A DNA stretch of 64,000 nucleotides from contig NIVC01000359.1 in NCBI GenBank assembly GCA_002269645.1, positions 62,001 to 126,000 on the forward strand, written 5' to 3'. Positions 1 through 12,206 of the stretch are shown here, one piece after another. The DNA is from Macrostomum lignano (taxonomy: Eukaryota). The position numbers and the translations under genes were made by a program. Each line of letters begins with the position of its first letter. Within the stretch, counting starts at the first letter, position 1. The notes beneath the pieces were generated by a model. That model saw only the letters and a list, made by a program, of their open reading frames with translations, was not told where the DNA came from and ran no database searches.

Positions 1-30
1 AGGAAGGACACACTCAGGCAGAGAGCTCAC

Positions 31-3016
31 AGGAATGTAGACCTTCTCCAGCCTATACAGCAGTCCATCGTAGGCAAACGAGATGCCCAGCCCGGCAATA
101 GCGGTGGTGAGGCTGGCATTCTGCAGGCCAACAGTCAGCCTGAACACGGGGCCGACGCCTTGCACAGTGCAAGCCAGCTTAACCGGGTCCTCCTTGCTGG
201 CGCTGATTGGCGTGGCCTTGGTCTCCAACGCCTGCACGTAGTTCTCTGCCGTCATCAGCCGCAGCCTGTAGAGGTCGTGCAGAAATTGTCGATGCATCGA
301 CACGGCGCAGTCGCGTTCGCGCAGCGTCTGATCAACGAATAGGCGAGTCTTCTTGGGCAGCGGCAGCCGGCTGAACTGCTTGGCTGGCGGGCCGCCCACT
401 CCGCCGGCGCCATCAACGAATTTGGCGCTGCGCTTCAGAATGTAGATTGCCAAGCCGCCGGATCTGCCCACGGTAACTAGGGTGGCCTCTTCGCGTCCGT
501 AGCGACCGAATCGAATCCCCGTGACAACGTCCTCGGTGACTAATCTGTCTACCTCGAGTTTGTCCTTGTACACACACACGGTATTGTTATCCATGGCTAC
601 TAAAGCAGCGTTGAAGCCTTTGGATGGCAGGCTGAGCGGCGCCAGGGCGGTGACACCGGCGGGCAGGGCGGCGCGCCAGAGCTCTTTGCCCTTGGTTGAG
701 TAGCCCGATAGCTGCCTGTCCATGGTGGCCACGACTATGTGCTTGTCAACCCTGATCATGCCTACGGCTGAGGCGCGCAGTCTGATGCCTGGGGCACGGG
801 TATCAGAGAGGGGGTGTTCGTTACTATGCAATTACGCTCGTAACTTGCCCAACAAAGATTCCCAAGGCTGTCAATAAGGATTCCCGGGCTGCCAACAAAG
901 ATCCTCTGGCTGCCAACAAAGATTGCCCTGGCTGCCAACAAAGATTCCCCAGACTGCCAACAAAGATTCCTCTGGCTGCCAACAAAGATTCCTCTGGCTA
1001 CCAACAAAGATTCCCCGGACTGCCAACAAAGATTCCTCTGGTTGCCAACAAAGATTCCCATGGCTACCAACAGATTCCCCAAGCCAGATTTCCCAGGCCA
1101 GCATACCCTGTGTGGCCTCCTTGGCGCCCCGCCGCAGCTGATAGATGACGCCGTCCCGGCAGGCGGCCACAATCCGATAGTCCACATCAAACAGGCCAGA
1201 TGAGCACAGAAACACGGGAGGCGAGGGCAGCTGCATTTTAGCCAGCACAGTGAAGGCCTGCGGATCCAGCACCTGCACCTGGCAGGCCTCAGTGCCCATC
1301 ACCAAGCAGCTGATCGCGTCCTCCTCGCTGTGCGACTTCTTTAACGTGTCCAAGGCGGTCACCACGCTCAGCCGGCGGAGAGGGGCGGTTTTGTAGGCCT
1401 CAACGAATTCCTGCAGCTGGTCGGGGTGCAGTGCTAGCAGCCGCTGCGACCTACCCGTGATGCTGGCGCCCTGGTTTCGAAGATCTTCGATGATGCCGCG
1501 CACCTGGACGGCGGAGGCGCGACCTTCCCGGGCCGCCGCCCAGATCTCCTCCTCCAGGGGGTGCAGATCCAGTGGCGGTAGGGTGAACCTGCCGGGATGT
1601 TGATGTAGAAATTCATCAACCAAAACCACTCAAAGTTACAGGCTTTTTAATTTTCGACTGAGCTTGTTCATTTAGAGTAAGCCTCAGCCTTCCCCACTGG
1701 GCCTTAACTAAGCCGCAGCCTTCCCCACTGGGCCTAAACTAAGCTTAAGCCTGCCCCCTAAACTAAGCCTCAGCCTCCCCCTTAAACTAAACCTCAGCCT
1801 GCCCCCTAAACTAAACCTCAGCCTGTCCCCCTAAACTAAGCCTCAGCCTCTGCCCTAAACTAAACTTCAGCCTGTCCCCCTAAACTAAGCCTCAGCCACT
1901 CCCCTAAACTAAGCCTCAGCCTCTGCCCTAAACTAAACCTCAGCCTGTCCCCCTAAACTAAGCCTCAGCCACTCCCCTAAACTAAGCCTCAGCCTCTGCC
2001 CTAAACTAAACCTCAGCCTGTCCCCCTAAACTAAGCCTCAGCCTCTGCCCTAAACTAAACCTCAGCCTGTCCCCCTAAACTAAGCCTCAGCCTCTGCCCT
2101 AAACTAAACCTCAGCCTGTCCCCCTAAACTAAGCCTCAGCCTCTGCCCTAAACTAAACCTCAGCCTGTCCCCGTAAACTAAGCCTCAGCCTCTGCCCTAA
2201 ACTAAACCTCAGCCTGTCCCCCTAAACTAAGCCTCAGCCTCTGCCCTAAACTAAACCTCAGCCTGTCCCCCTAAACTAAGCCTCAGCCTCTGCCCTAAAC
2301 TAAACCTCAGCCTGTCCCCGTAAACTAAGCCTCAGCCTCTGCCCTAAACTAAACCTCAGCCTGTCCCCCTAAACTAAGCCTCAGCCTCTGCCCTAAACTA
2401 AACCTCAGCCTGTCCCCCTAAACTAAGCCTCAGCCTCTGCCCTAAACTAAACCTCAGCCTGTCCCCCTAAACTAAGCCTCAGCCTCTGCCCTAAACTAAA
2501 CCTCAGCCTGTCCCCCTAAACTAAGCCTCAGCCTCTGCCCTAAACTAAACCTCAGCCTCTTCCCTAAACTAAACCTCAGCCTGTCCCCTAAACTAAGCCT
2601 CACCGGAAGTACGGCCGCATGTTCTTATAGATGAAAACGCTAGGCCCGGAAGCCACTGCAACAGCCGGGGATCTGGGAGTATTAGTATCCAGATAGAAGG
2701 CGGCCACGCCAACAGGCAGGTCAATAATGGTGTTCTCCATAGCCAGCGCGGTGCCTTTGTAAACCCGCAGTCGCATGTTGGTGCGAGTGTCGCCGAGGTC
2801 GGCTACAACTAGGCGATTCTCGCCATCTCCGGTGACGTCAGTGAGCACCATGCACTGGCTGAGGGTGTTCAGACCAGGCGTGGGATCCTTCAATGCCACA
2901 AGCCATTTGTCGCTGCTCTGCTGCTGCGGCTGCTGCTGGGAGGCCTCGCCAGAGACTTCGGCTCCGTCTCCTGTGGTCGGTGCGTCTGCGCTGCCAGCTT
3001 GATTGACTTCGGACAT
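31..3016 (-). CDS. BBS1: Bardet-Biedl syndrome 1 (BBSome subunit), 5' part; exons 3016-2604, 1588-1107, 788-31; gene continues beyond position 1
   Basis: Spliced translation gives MSEV...KWLVALKDP...LVVADLG...YKNMRPYFR|FTLPPLDLHPLEEEIW...ACRDGVIYQLRRGAKEATQG|IRLRASAVGMIRV...RFGRYGREEATLV...LPKKTRLFVDQTLRER...YRLEKVYIP, all BBS1 hallmark motifs. Donors GTGAG (2603), GTATG (1106), GTGAG (30) and acceptors CAG (1589, 789) join in phase (CG|G, G|GC). Exon 3 is not in the ORF track. Confidence 0.95.
849..1097. repeat. Degenerate ~21-22 bp minisatellite (ctgccaacaaagattc...) in BBS1 intron 2
   Basis: About 10 imperfect tandem copies visible. Confidence 0.9.
1679..2600. repeat. 24/25-bp minisatellite forming a 49-bp dimer (ctaaactaagcctcagcctctgcc/ctaaactaaacctcagcctgtcccc), filling BBS1 intron 1
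   Basis: Alternating units directly visible; the array degenerates toward 1680. Confidence 0.95.
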
Positions 3017-3127
3017 TTCTGGCTGTTTGTTGCTTAGGATTGTAGCTGAAGATTGATTTTTTATTGGATTTTATATTTCTGAGTACAATAGACATATTGA
3101 AGAGATATGGGATTTTCTCGATGAATC

Positions 3128-3738
3128 GAGATTTAATTGATGAAATATGAGCTTTGATCGATAAAACATGAGATTAGAATGATGAAATATGAGATTCGAT
3201 TGATGAAACATGAGATTCGATTGATGAAACATGAGATTCGATTGATGAAAAATGAGGTTTGATTGATGAAACATGAGATTCAATTGATGAAATATGAGAT
3301 TTGATTGATGAAATATGAGATTCGATTGATGAAACATGAGATTTGATTGATGAAACATGAGATTTGATTGATGAAACATGAGATTCGATTGATGAAACAT
3401 GAGATTCGATTGATGAAATATGAGATTTGATTGATGAAACATGAGATTCAATTGATGAAACATGAGATTCGATTGATGAAAAATGAGGTTTGATTGATGA
3501 ATTATGAGCCTTGATTAATGAAGTATGAGATTCGATTGATGAAATATGAGATTCGATTGATGAAATATGAGATTCGATTGATGAAATATGAGATTCGATT
3601 GATGAAACATGAGATTCAATTGATGAAAAATGAGATTCAATTGATGAAAAATGAGATTCGATTGATGAAACATGAGATCCCATTGATAAAACATGAGACT
3701 CGGTCGATTAAATATGAGATTTGATTGATGAAACATGA
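3128..3738. repeat. 21-bp minisatellite (attgatgaaacatgagattcg)
   Basis: Tandem copies; source of the MFHQSNL/SSIESH pseudo-ORFs. Confidence 0.95.
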
Positions 3739-4467
3739 AATTTTATTGCTAAACTGAGAGTTGTTTGATTCATAATTTATCAATCACTTTACACTGAAAA
3801 ATGCTGGGCCCTAATAGGTACTACACAAAAAAGCAAATTTAATGCAGGAATCCAAGACAAATTTGTCAGCAAACAATCAGAAACACGGAATTTCAGCAAA
3901 ATTATAAGCAAACTTTTTATTTTCTTCAACAGGAACAAGATTTGATTAATACGCGAAAATACTCTCTATATAATAAGGTGGTTGTAATGAACAAGGAAAC
4001 GATTACTATCAGTAGTATGATAATAGGATTAGAACAAGACACAGAACACAACGGGAAATTGTGTGCAGCACATCTAAGGTCGGAATAATAATTATAATTA
4101 TGCATGATTGATGATTGAGGAAACAGATCACCATAATTGTACTGGAAAAGTCTGCAACATTATTTTAATGAGGATAAAAGCTTAAACTAACTAAATTAAA
4201 GTAAAACAAAAGTAGTATCCATAGAATATGAATTGTGTAAATCGATTATATAATAGTGCAACATAATCAATATGCTTATGTGACAATATTAAGCACTATA
4301 ATTAATTCAACAATAACACTGCTGCAGAATCAAGTGCTAATTCATAATGTACAAAATTTAAATTCAGAATATAAAAACAGTTCATCTGCCGCTAGCTAGG
4401 ATGGAACAAGTTGTTTGGCTTTTGGCCATAGACAAAATAATTTAACTGGGCTTGTGAGTCAGTTCTT

Positions 4468-5766
4468 TGTCTAAGGTCAATAGCCTATGGATCTGTTGTC
4501 TATGGTCAGTAGCCTATGGATCTGTTGTCTATGGTCAATAGCCTATGGATCTGTTGTCTAAGGTCAATAGCCTATGGATCTGTTGTCTATGGTCAATAGC
4601 CTATGGATCTGTTGTCTAAGGTCAATAGCCTATGGATCTGTTGTCTATGGTCAATAGCCTATGGATCTGTTGTCTAAGGTCAATAGCCTATGGATCTGTT
4701 GTCTAAGGTCAATAGCCTATAGATCTGTTGTCTAAGGTCAATAGCCTATAGATCTGTTGTCTAAGGTCAATAGCCTATAGATCTGTTGTCTAAGGTCAAT
4801 AGCCTATAGATCTGTTGTCTAAGGTCAATAGCCTATGGATCTGTTGTCTATGGTCAATAGCCTATGGATCTGTTGTCTAAGGTCAATAGCCTATAGATCT
4901 GTTGTCTATGGTCAGTAGCCTATGGATCTGTTGTCTATGGTCAATAGCCTATGGATCTGTTGTCTATGGTCAGTAGCCTATGGATCTGTTGTCTAAGGTC
5001 AATAGCCTATGGATCTGTTGTCTATGGTCAATAGCCTATGGATCTGTTGTCTATGGTCAGTAGCCTATGGATCTGTTGTCTATGGTCAATAGCCTATGGA
5101 TCTGTTGTCTATGGTCAATAGCCTATGGATCTGTTGTCTAAGGTCAATAGCCTATGGATCTGTTGTCTAAGGTCAATAGCCTATGGATCTGTTGTCTATT
5201 GTCGATAGCCTATGGACCTGTTGTCTATGGTCAGTAGCCTATGGATCTGTTGTCTATGGTCAATAGCCTATGGATCTGTTGTCTATGGTCAATAGCCTAT
5301 GGATCTGTTGTCTATGGTCAATAGCCTATGGATCTGTTGTCTATGGTCAATAGCCTATGGATCTGTTGTCTATGGTCAATAGCCTATGGATCTGTTGTCT
5401 ATGGTCAATAGCCTATGGATCTGTTGTCTATGGTCAATAGCCTATGGATCTGTTGTCTATGGTCAATAGCCTATGGATCTGTTGTCTATGGTCAATAGCC
5501 TATGGATCTGTTGTCTATGGTCAATAGCCTATGGATCTGTTGTCTATGGTCAGTAGCCTATGGATCTGTTGTCTAAGGTCAATAGCCTATGGATCTGTTG
5601 TCTAAGGTCAATAGCCTATGGATCTGTTGTCTAAGGTCAATAGCCTATAGATCTGTTGTCTAAGGTCAATAGCCTATAGATCTGTTGTCTATGGTCAATA
5701 GCCTATGGATCTGTTGTCTAAGGTCAATAGCCTATGGATCTGTTGTCTAAGGTCAATAGCCTGTGG
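4468..5766. repeat. 29-bp minisatellite (ctatggtcaatagcctatggatctgttgt)
   Basis: About 44 near-identical copies between BBS1 and ATP6V0B. Confidence 0.95.
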
Positions 5767-6075
5767 AGCTTTTATCTATGGACATTACAGCTCCGCATCG
5801 CACTATACAGCTACAATCTATTATGCTATATAAACTGAACCAATCCAAATAAACTACAAAAACATTACCGAACTACCAAAACACAAAGATGGTTAGCAAA
5901 AAAAAGCCAATAGCCGGGTAAAGTTTTTGACCTCTGCATTACCAAATAAAAAATCTTAAATAATATTAATAATGGTGAAAGGAAGTTAATAAAAGATATA
6001 ATAATAAATAGGTACGAACAAAGACTGAATACTTGAAAATATTAGGTTATTTGCAAACCCCTAACCCTAATCAAA

Positions 6076-8467
6076 TTAGTCTGCTTTGTCGCCCATGCGC
6101 ACGTTGGCAGTCTGCAGGATGGCCACGATGACGCCAAACAGGCCGATCGCTGAGGCAAATATTTCAACAATAAGGATTTTAACAAACAGAGTGCCGTTCT
6201 GAGCGTCGGCCAGGGCGGCGCCGGAGCCGACAACGCCGACGCAGACACCGCAGAACAAATTACAAAATCCGACCGTGAGGCCAGCGGCGAAAAAGGAATA
6301 GCCGGCTTTGTAATTGGCTCGGAGCACCTGGCGGCGGCGGGTCGAGGGGTTTCGGTGTGCTTTATAAACTCAATCGGCTATTGAGCTTTTGCTAGTGGCA
6401 AACTGCCACTTGATTGACTGCCAGTGACAATTGAGTGACAGTGACAATTGAGTGACAGTGACAATTGACTGTCAGTGACAATTGACTGACAGTGACAATT
6501 GACTGACAGTGACAATTGAGTGACTGACAATTGACTGACAGTGACAATTGACTGACAGTGACAATTGACTGACAGTGACAATTGACTGTCAGTGACAATT
6601 GACTGACAGTGACAATTGACTGACAGTGACAATTGACTGACAGTGACAATTGACTGACAGTGACAATTGAGTGACTGACAATTGACTGACAGTGACAATT
6701 GAGTGATAGTGACAATTGAGTGATAGTGACAATTGAGTGATAGTGACAATTGACTGACAGTGACAATTGACTGACAGTGACAATTGACTGACAGTGACAA
6801 TTGACTGACAGTGACAATTGACTGACAGTGACAATTGACTGACAGTGACAATTGACTGACAGTGACAATTGAGTGACTGACAATTGACTGACAGTGACAA
6901 TTGAGTGATAGTGACAATTGAGTGATAGTGACAATTGAGTGATAGTGACAATTGAGTGACAGTGACAATTGAGTGATAGTGACAATTGACTGACAGTGAC
7001 AATTGACTGACAGTGACAATTGACTGACAGTGACAATTGAGTGACTGACAATTGACTGACAGTGACAATTGAGTGACTGACAATTGACTGACACTGACAA
7101 TTGAGTTATAGTGACAATTGACTGACAGTGACAATTGACTGTCAGTGACAATTGACTGCCAGTAACAATTAACTGTCGGTGACAAACGCCTACGAAAGTG
7201 AAAACGAGTGAAAACTTGAATTCCTGGACAATGTAAAAGCTTATGAAATTTTGGGCACACAAAACGATGTTTATGTTATACTAAAAGAATATAATCAAAA
7301 AGCAGCCAATTGATTGGGCTCTGGCCCTGGAAACAGCCGGATTAAACCATTTGATGCGTTTCAGTGCAGTTTTTCCTCACCTTCTCAGAAGCTGTGGCCT
7401 CATCGAAGTGCACAACAGAGGTAGAGATGACAATAGCCATAATAATGCCATAGATGGCCACAGCCTCGCAGAAGATGATGCTAATTAGATTCTTAGTGCG
7501 AATTCTAGGCGCTTTCACTCCGCCGCCGAGAATGCTAGCGCCGGTAGTGTAGATGCCGATGGCGGCTCCCAGCACCGACAGGGAGATGCCCAGACCGACG
7601 CCCAGGTTGGCCCATAGATACGGCGAGAAACCCTCCAGAACTGCGCCAATGTCGTATCTGGGTGGCAGATTGGGCGTGGGCGATAAGAACAAATTGCGGA
7701 AAAAGAACATAATAACAAAAGTACTTTTCTATCTGTGTGGATCTTATTAAACTAACTCTGACTGTAATTGCAACAATATTCTACTGTAATTGAACAATAT
7801 TCTACTGTTGCAACAATATTCTACTGTAATTGAACAATATTCTACTGTTGCAACAATATTCTACAGTAATTGCAACAATATTCTACTGTAATTGAACAAT
7901 ATTCTACTGTTGCAACAATATTCTACAGTAATTGCAACAATATTCTACTGTAATTGCAACAACATTCTACTGTAATTGAACAATATTCTACTGTGATCGC
8001 AACAACTTTGTATTGTAATTGCAACAATATTCTACTGTAATTGCAACAACATTCTATTGTAACTGTAACAATATTCTACTGTAATTGCAACAACATCCTA
8101 TTGTAACTGTAACAATATTCTACTATAATTGCAACAATATTCTACTGTAATTGCAAAAATATTCTACTGTGATCGCAACAACATTGTACTGTAATTGCAA
8201 CAATACTCTATTATAATTGCAACACTATTTTACAGTAATTTCAACAATTTTCTATGAAATAAATTGCAACATAAGACCCAAAAGTTATTCTGGCATCTTT
8301 AGTGTCACCAAAGCTGCTTAAAAAGTTAAGGCAAATTTCTCATATATTTGAATAGTTTTAACTTACCTGTAACCCTGCCCAGTTAGCATATAGTACAGGC
8401 CAGACACAATGAAGGCACCAACAAGAATGCCAGCTGGGGAGTATAGCACTGCTGGATGGACACCCAT
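6076..8467 (-). CDS. ATP6V0B: V-type proton ATPase 21 kDa proteolipid subunit c'' (VMA16); exons 8467-8367, 7657-7381, 6327-6076; 209 aa
   Basis: [34 protein letters not shown]|[32 protein letters not shown]...[23 protein letters not shown]...SEK|[27 protein letters not shown]...[22 protein letters not shown]. Donors GTAAGT (8366) and GTGAGG (7380), acceptors CAG (7658, 6328); phases match. Confidence 0.95.
6412..7184. repeat. 17-bp minisatellite (gacagtgacaattgact) in ATP6V0B intron 2
   Basis: Tandem copies with occasional shorter units. Confidence 0.95.
7760..8265. repeat. ~22-bp minisatellite (gcaacaatattctactgtaatt) in ATP6V0B intron 1
   Basis: Tandem imperfect copies. Confidence 0.9.
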
Positions 8468-8484
8468 GGTTGTGCTTTTCTTGG

Positions 8485-8520
8485 CTGAAAAAGTATTATT
8501 TAAATAAAATACTTAATAAA
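8485..8520 (-). promoter_or_regulatory. Splice acceptor (tatttaaataatactttttcAG) 17 nt upstream of the ATP6V0B ATG; cis or spliced-leader trans-splice site
   Basis: T-rich tract ending in CAG at 8487-8485 on the minus strand, preceded by very AT-rich sequence. Confidence 0.6.
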
Positions 8521-8639
8521 TTCGAAAACTAAACTCTCAACACTATATTTATATATAAGCTTGTATATTATTATATTTTTATTTATTATTATATTTGGGA
8601 ATTTATATTTATTTATTATATTTATTATATATATAATAA

Positions 8640-8681
<42 letters not shown>

Positions 8682-9787
8682 GCTACATTATATTAAGCTA
8701 ATAAATAGGAAATATAATCATTTTAAACAAAATTCAAAATGTTCAAATCCTTGATAGTAAATATTAGGAAACATATCCATTATATCTAATTAAAACTAAT
8801 TAAACATGCACAATATTTTTGCTGACTCATACTATACAAAAAGAACAAATTAACATTTGTTCAATATTATTTAACTTTTATTTAAAAAGAATTTTTATTT
8901 TATTGCTGAATAAATTAGGATTTTATTTATAAAAAAGCAGAAGTTTTTTTAATATTATCTTTTTTATTCTTATATTTATTGTAGTATATAAAGGCTTCAA
9001 ACAAAAGTAAGGCCTAGTTTTTGCTTTTTTTATTTTGAAACAAATTTAATTTTTTTATTTTAATAATCTATTTTTATACTTGCTAAAGTTGCCAATAGAG
9101 CTAACATTATAATATTCTAGCTATAATGCAATTATATATTTGCCAATAATAAGAAATGCCGGTTTACTTAGTATAGGCCTGCAAATTTATAATTATGTAA
9201 TAGGGCATTAATTTAGTGGGTGAATTCAAATATGCTTTTATACTACTATTAGTAGTTTTAGCTAGGGGAAATAATTAGAGCAGGGGTAAATTGCTAATTT
9301 TGGGATTCTCTATAAGTATCGAGCAGTTGAGGCCCAGGGAAAAGTGTCCTGGCATCTTAGAAGTTAGTCTTAACTTTCAAACAAGACCAAGAATAAGAAG
9401 ATAAGAGGCAAAGAAGTTTTAAGGAAGTTTTAAGGAATTAAAACTATTAGAAGGTAGTCATTGCCAACTAATAGGGCACAATGGGTAGTAATTGCCCACT
9501 AAATATTTGCACCAACCATTGCATGCATAATAATTTTCTTTTGTTCTGGAGTAATAAATTTGTTAAGATTGGCTTTCCTGTGTTGCTCCTTTGATCACTA
9601 ACTGCTAGGATTAGGGAAATCAGGAAGCCTGGTGGCAGCAACTATCAATTCAGATCTACTAAGTTCTACTTAAGTAAGATTAAACCAATAGCCTAAACTG
9701 CAGGTATCACTCCGATTCCAATTAGCTAAGTGCATCAATTCCAATTAGCTAAGTGCATCAATATTCTAGATTAAAATATACTGAAAC

Positions 9788-10221
9788 TAGGGATTGCAAA
9801 TTCCCATTTTTTGTGATCCCGGGATTAGAAAATATAGATTTTTAAGCTTCTGGGTTAAAATTTTTAGGCAAAATATGCGCAAAACCTTTTTTGCCTTTAT
9901 TTTTAATTGTTATAGAGACAATGATCTTTTTGTAGATGAACTTGTGATCTTGTGACGCAATTAGGTAAGTAGCATAAAAGTACTAGTTAGCAGTAAAGAA
10001 GCTAATTTATTTATCAAAATTTACATAGGAATAAATTTTACATTTAAATCTGTAATGCAAGGTTTAAAAAGGCACCACGCAATGCAAGGCAATTAATGGA
10101 AATTAGCATAGTATAATAAACTTGTTGTGGGCATAATTATGTTCATATTATAACACTTTTGTAAAAATAATAACAAAAATTTGACAAATATTATTAGTTA
10201 TTATCAGGATTGCAATCCCTA
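9788..10221. mobile_element. Non-autonomous hAT-like MITE (~434 bp)
   Basis: Perfect 12-bp TIR TAGGGATTGCAA (9788-9799) / TTGCAATCCCTA (10210-10221); flanks actgaaac vs accaaaac match at 6/8, consistent with an aged 8-bp TSD. Confidence 0.65.
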
Positions 10222-11605
10222 ACCAAAACATTTTCTTATTTTCTATGACTAACACCTTCTTGAGTATAGCTTATGATACCAAGTGCAGTTCTCTAATCCT
10301 ATGTCCCAAGTGCTACTTAATGGAAAATGTACTACATACTATCCTCTTTTGGAATAAATGTTGAAAACTTGTGGATGCGCACTTTAGAAAAAAGTCAAGT
10401 TATTTTACTACACTTTAGGATTATTAGATTAGAAATCATTCTATTATCAAAATCTAAATTCACTAACTTTCCAAAATTGTAATTGAAATTTTCCAAAATT
10501 GTAATTGAAATTTTCCTAAATCAAAATTCAGAAAAAACAAAGTTTAGTATGACCAAAACTCACTTTTTTACTCTTGATTTATTGCTTATGCAAAACAAAA
10601 TACATGTATATATAGCACAATTTTCTTTATTTTTAGCCACTCTTTTACACAATTCCAAAATTTTGACTTTTGAATATTTTCAAAATTAAAATTCACTCTT
10701 AAAAATTCCAAATTTTGGAAAATCAAAATTGAAATTTTGAAGCAACTCTAAGCATTATATAAGAAATTACAATTGTATAGGCCCCTTCCACAAAGGTATT
10801 AGACTCTCTTCCATGTATATTTATTTGCTAGAGTAGCAGCCAGCAGGAAAAAGCAGCGCACGCGTACGCACTGTGTGCCTATACGCACAATGTGCTTTAG
10901 AAAAATTTCGAAAGTGCGCCGAATGCCATCTGCAATTCTACAACTTTTTCCCTATAGGGTAGCTATCTACCATATAGTATAGCCAAGTTAAGCCTAGAGG
11001 TTTCAACCCACTTTGATAAAAGAATTTATGACAAGAGTCAATAATGGCAAAAAATATTTCTGCAACAACCATTTTGTCTAAAGCTAACCATTTTGACAAA
11101 AGATTTGTTCTAAGCCTTAGTAAAAAGTTTTGTTGTTTTAAAAAAAAGTTTAAAAGAAAAGTGACAAACTTTATAAAGACTAATTTTATTTTGACATGTT
11201 TTTGTTCAATTGTTTAATAGTTCAACTAAATTCAGGCAGCTAATAAATTCAATTGTTTTAATAACTTAGCTACCATTCTGTTATGGCAGGATTTCAAAAT
11301 TTTTTATAGGAACTGGAGTTCTGCACACCATCATTATCCCCAATAATCTATTGATTGCATAGGCCTATCAACCATAGTTTGGAAGGCAACATATATACCC
11401 AATTTTCCTGGTATACAATAAGGGTCTTATCATTTTTCAGTATATATCAAGGTATATCCCAGCATATATAATATAGTACAGTGTCAAATGATAATTTTTT
11501 GTATTGGTGCACAAACCTAGTGTACAAATTGAGTTCTTGTCATTTTTTCCAGTATTAAACCTTGTGTAGACTGTATACTAATATATGATCCAAACTATGG
11601 TATAT

Positions 11606-11903
11606 CCATACATGCGCAACCTCCGAAATTCGGTCGGCCATGCGACTTAGTTTTAACAAAAATGCGATGTAGTTTTTGACCAAAAATGCGACTTACATGA
11701 AAAAAAACCCGAAAGCAAAATTAACGCAACCTTGGGTAAACGGCAGGAGTAACTATAACTGTCTTATTACGCAAAATGCCTCGTCAGCTACTTAGTACTA
11801 CTAAGTACTAAGTTTTCGGGTGGGCATTTTTGCGACCTCCTTGGTTGGCCGCCAAATCGGTCGGCCGGATCGGCCGACTCGGCCGACTGTTGCGCATGTA
11901 TGG
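11606..11903. mobile_element. ~300-bp MITE with 15-bp TIRs carrying a 28S rRNA-derived segment
   Basis: TIR CCATACATGCGCAAC (11606-11620) / GTTGCGCATGTATGG (11889-11903); GTATAT on both sides (11600-11605, 11904-11909); subterminal GTCGGCC/GGCCGAC motifs. Confidence 0.8.
11734..11796 (+). pseudogene. Short degenerate fragment of nuclear LSU (28S) rRNA spanning the I-PpoI/R2 target region
   Basis: GGGTAAACGGCaGGAGTAACTATaACTgTCTTA...AAATGCCTCGTCAgCTAcTTAGT versus the conserved 28S GGGTAAACGGCGGGAGTAACTATGACTCTCTTAAGGTAGCCAAATGCCTCGTCATCTAATTAGT recalled from memory; 30/33 and 21/23 identity on either side of a disrupted centre. Confidence 0.8.
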
Positions 11904-12071
11904 GTATATCAATAGATTGCATATACATAACTTTGTCAAGACCACATGTTATGAGTTTTTAAATTTTCTAATTACAATACAAACAATTTGCAGCAATGAA
12001 TAATTTGTTAAAAGCTTTGCCTTTAATCACCAAAGTGTTATATTATAAATTGTTAATTATTCATTATTAAA

Positions 12072-12206
12072 GTTAATTATTACAAATTAGTCACTTCTTG
12101 AAATATTAAAATGACTTATTAAGCGGGCTAATTAAAATGACTTATAGCTTACAAGTCATTTTAATTATTTAATATTTCAAGAAGTGACCAAGTTGTAATA
12201 ATTAAC
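12072..12206. repeat. AT-rich palindromic/foldback element (~135 bp)
   Basis: Nested inverted arms gttaattattacaa/ttgtaataattaac, gtcacttcttgaaatattaaa/tttaatatttcaagaagtgac and aattaaaatgactt/aagtcattttaatt. Confidence 0.75.

Noticed and set aside
3071-7262. Long ORFs over the 21-mer and 17-mer arrays
   Set aside because: They are stop-free translations of tandem repeats in several frames and lie in an intron or spacer.
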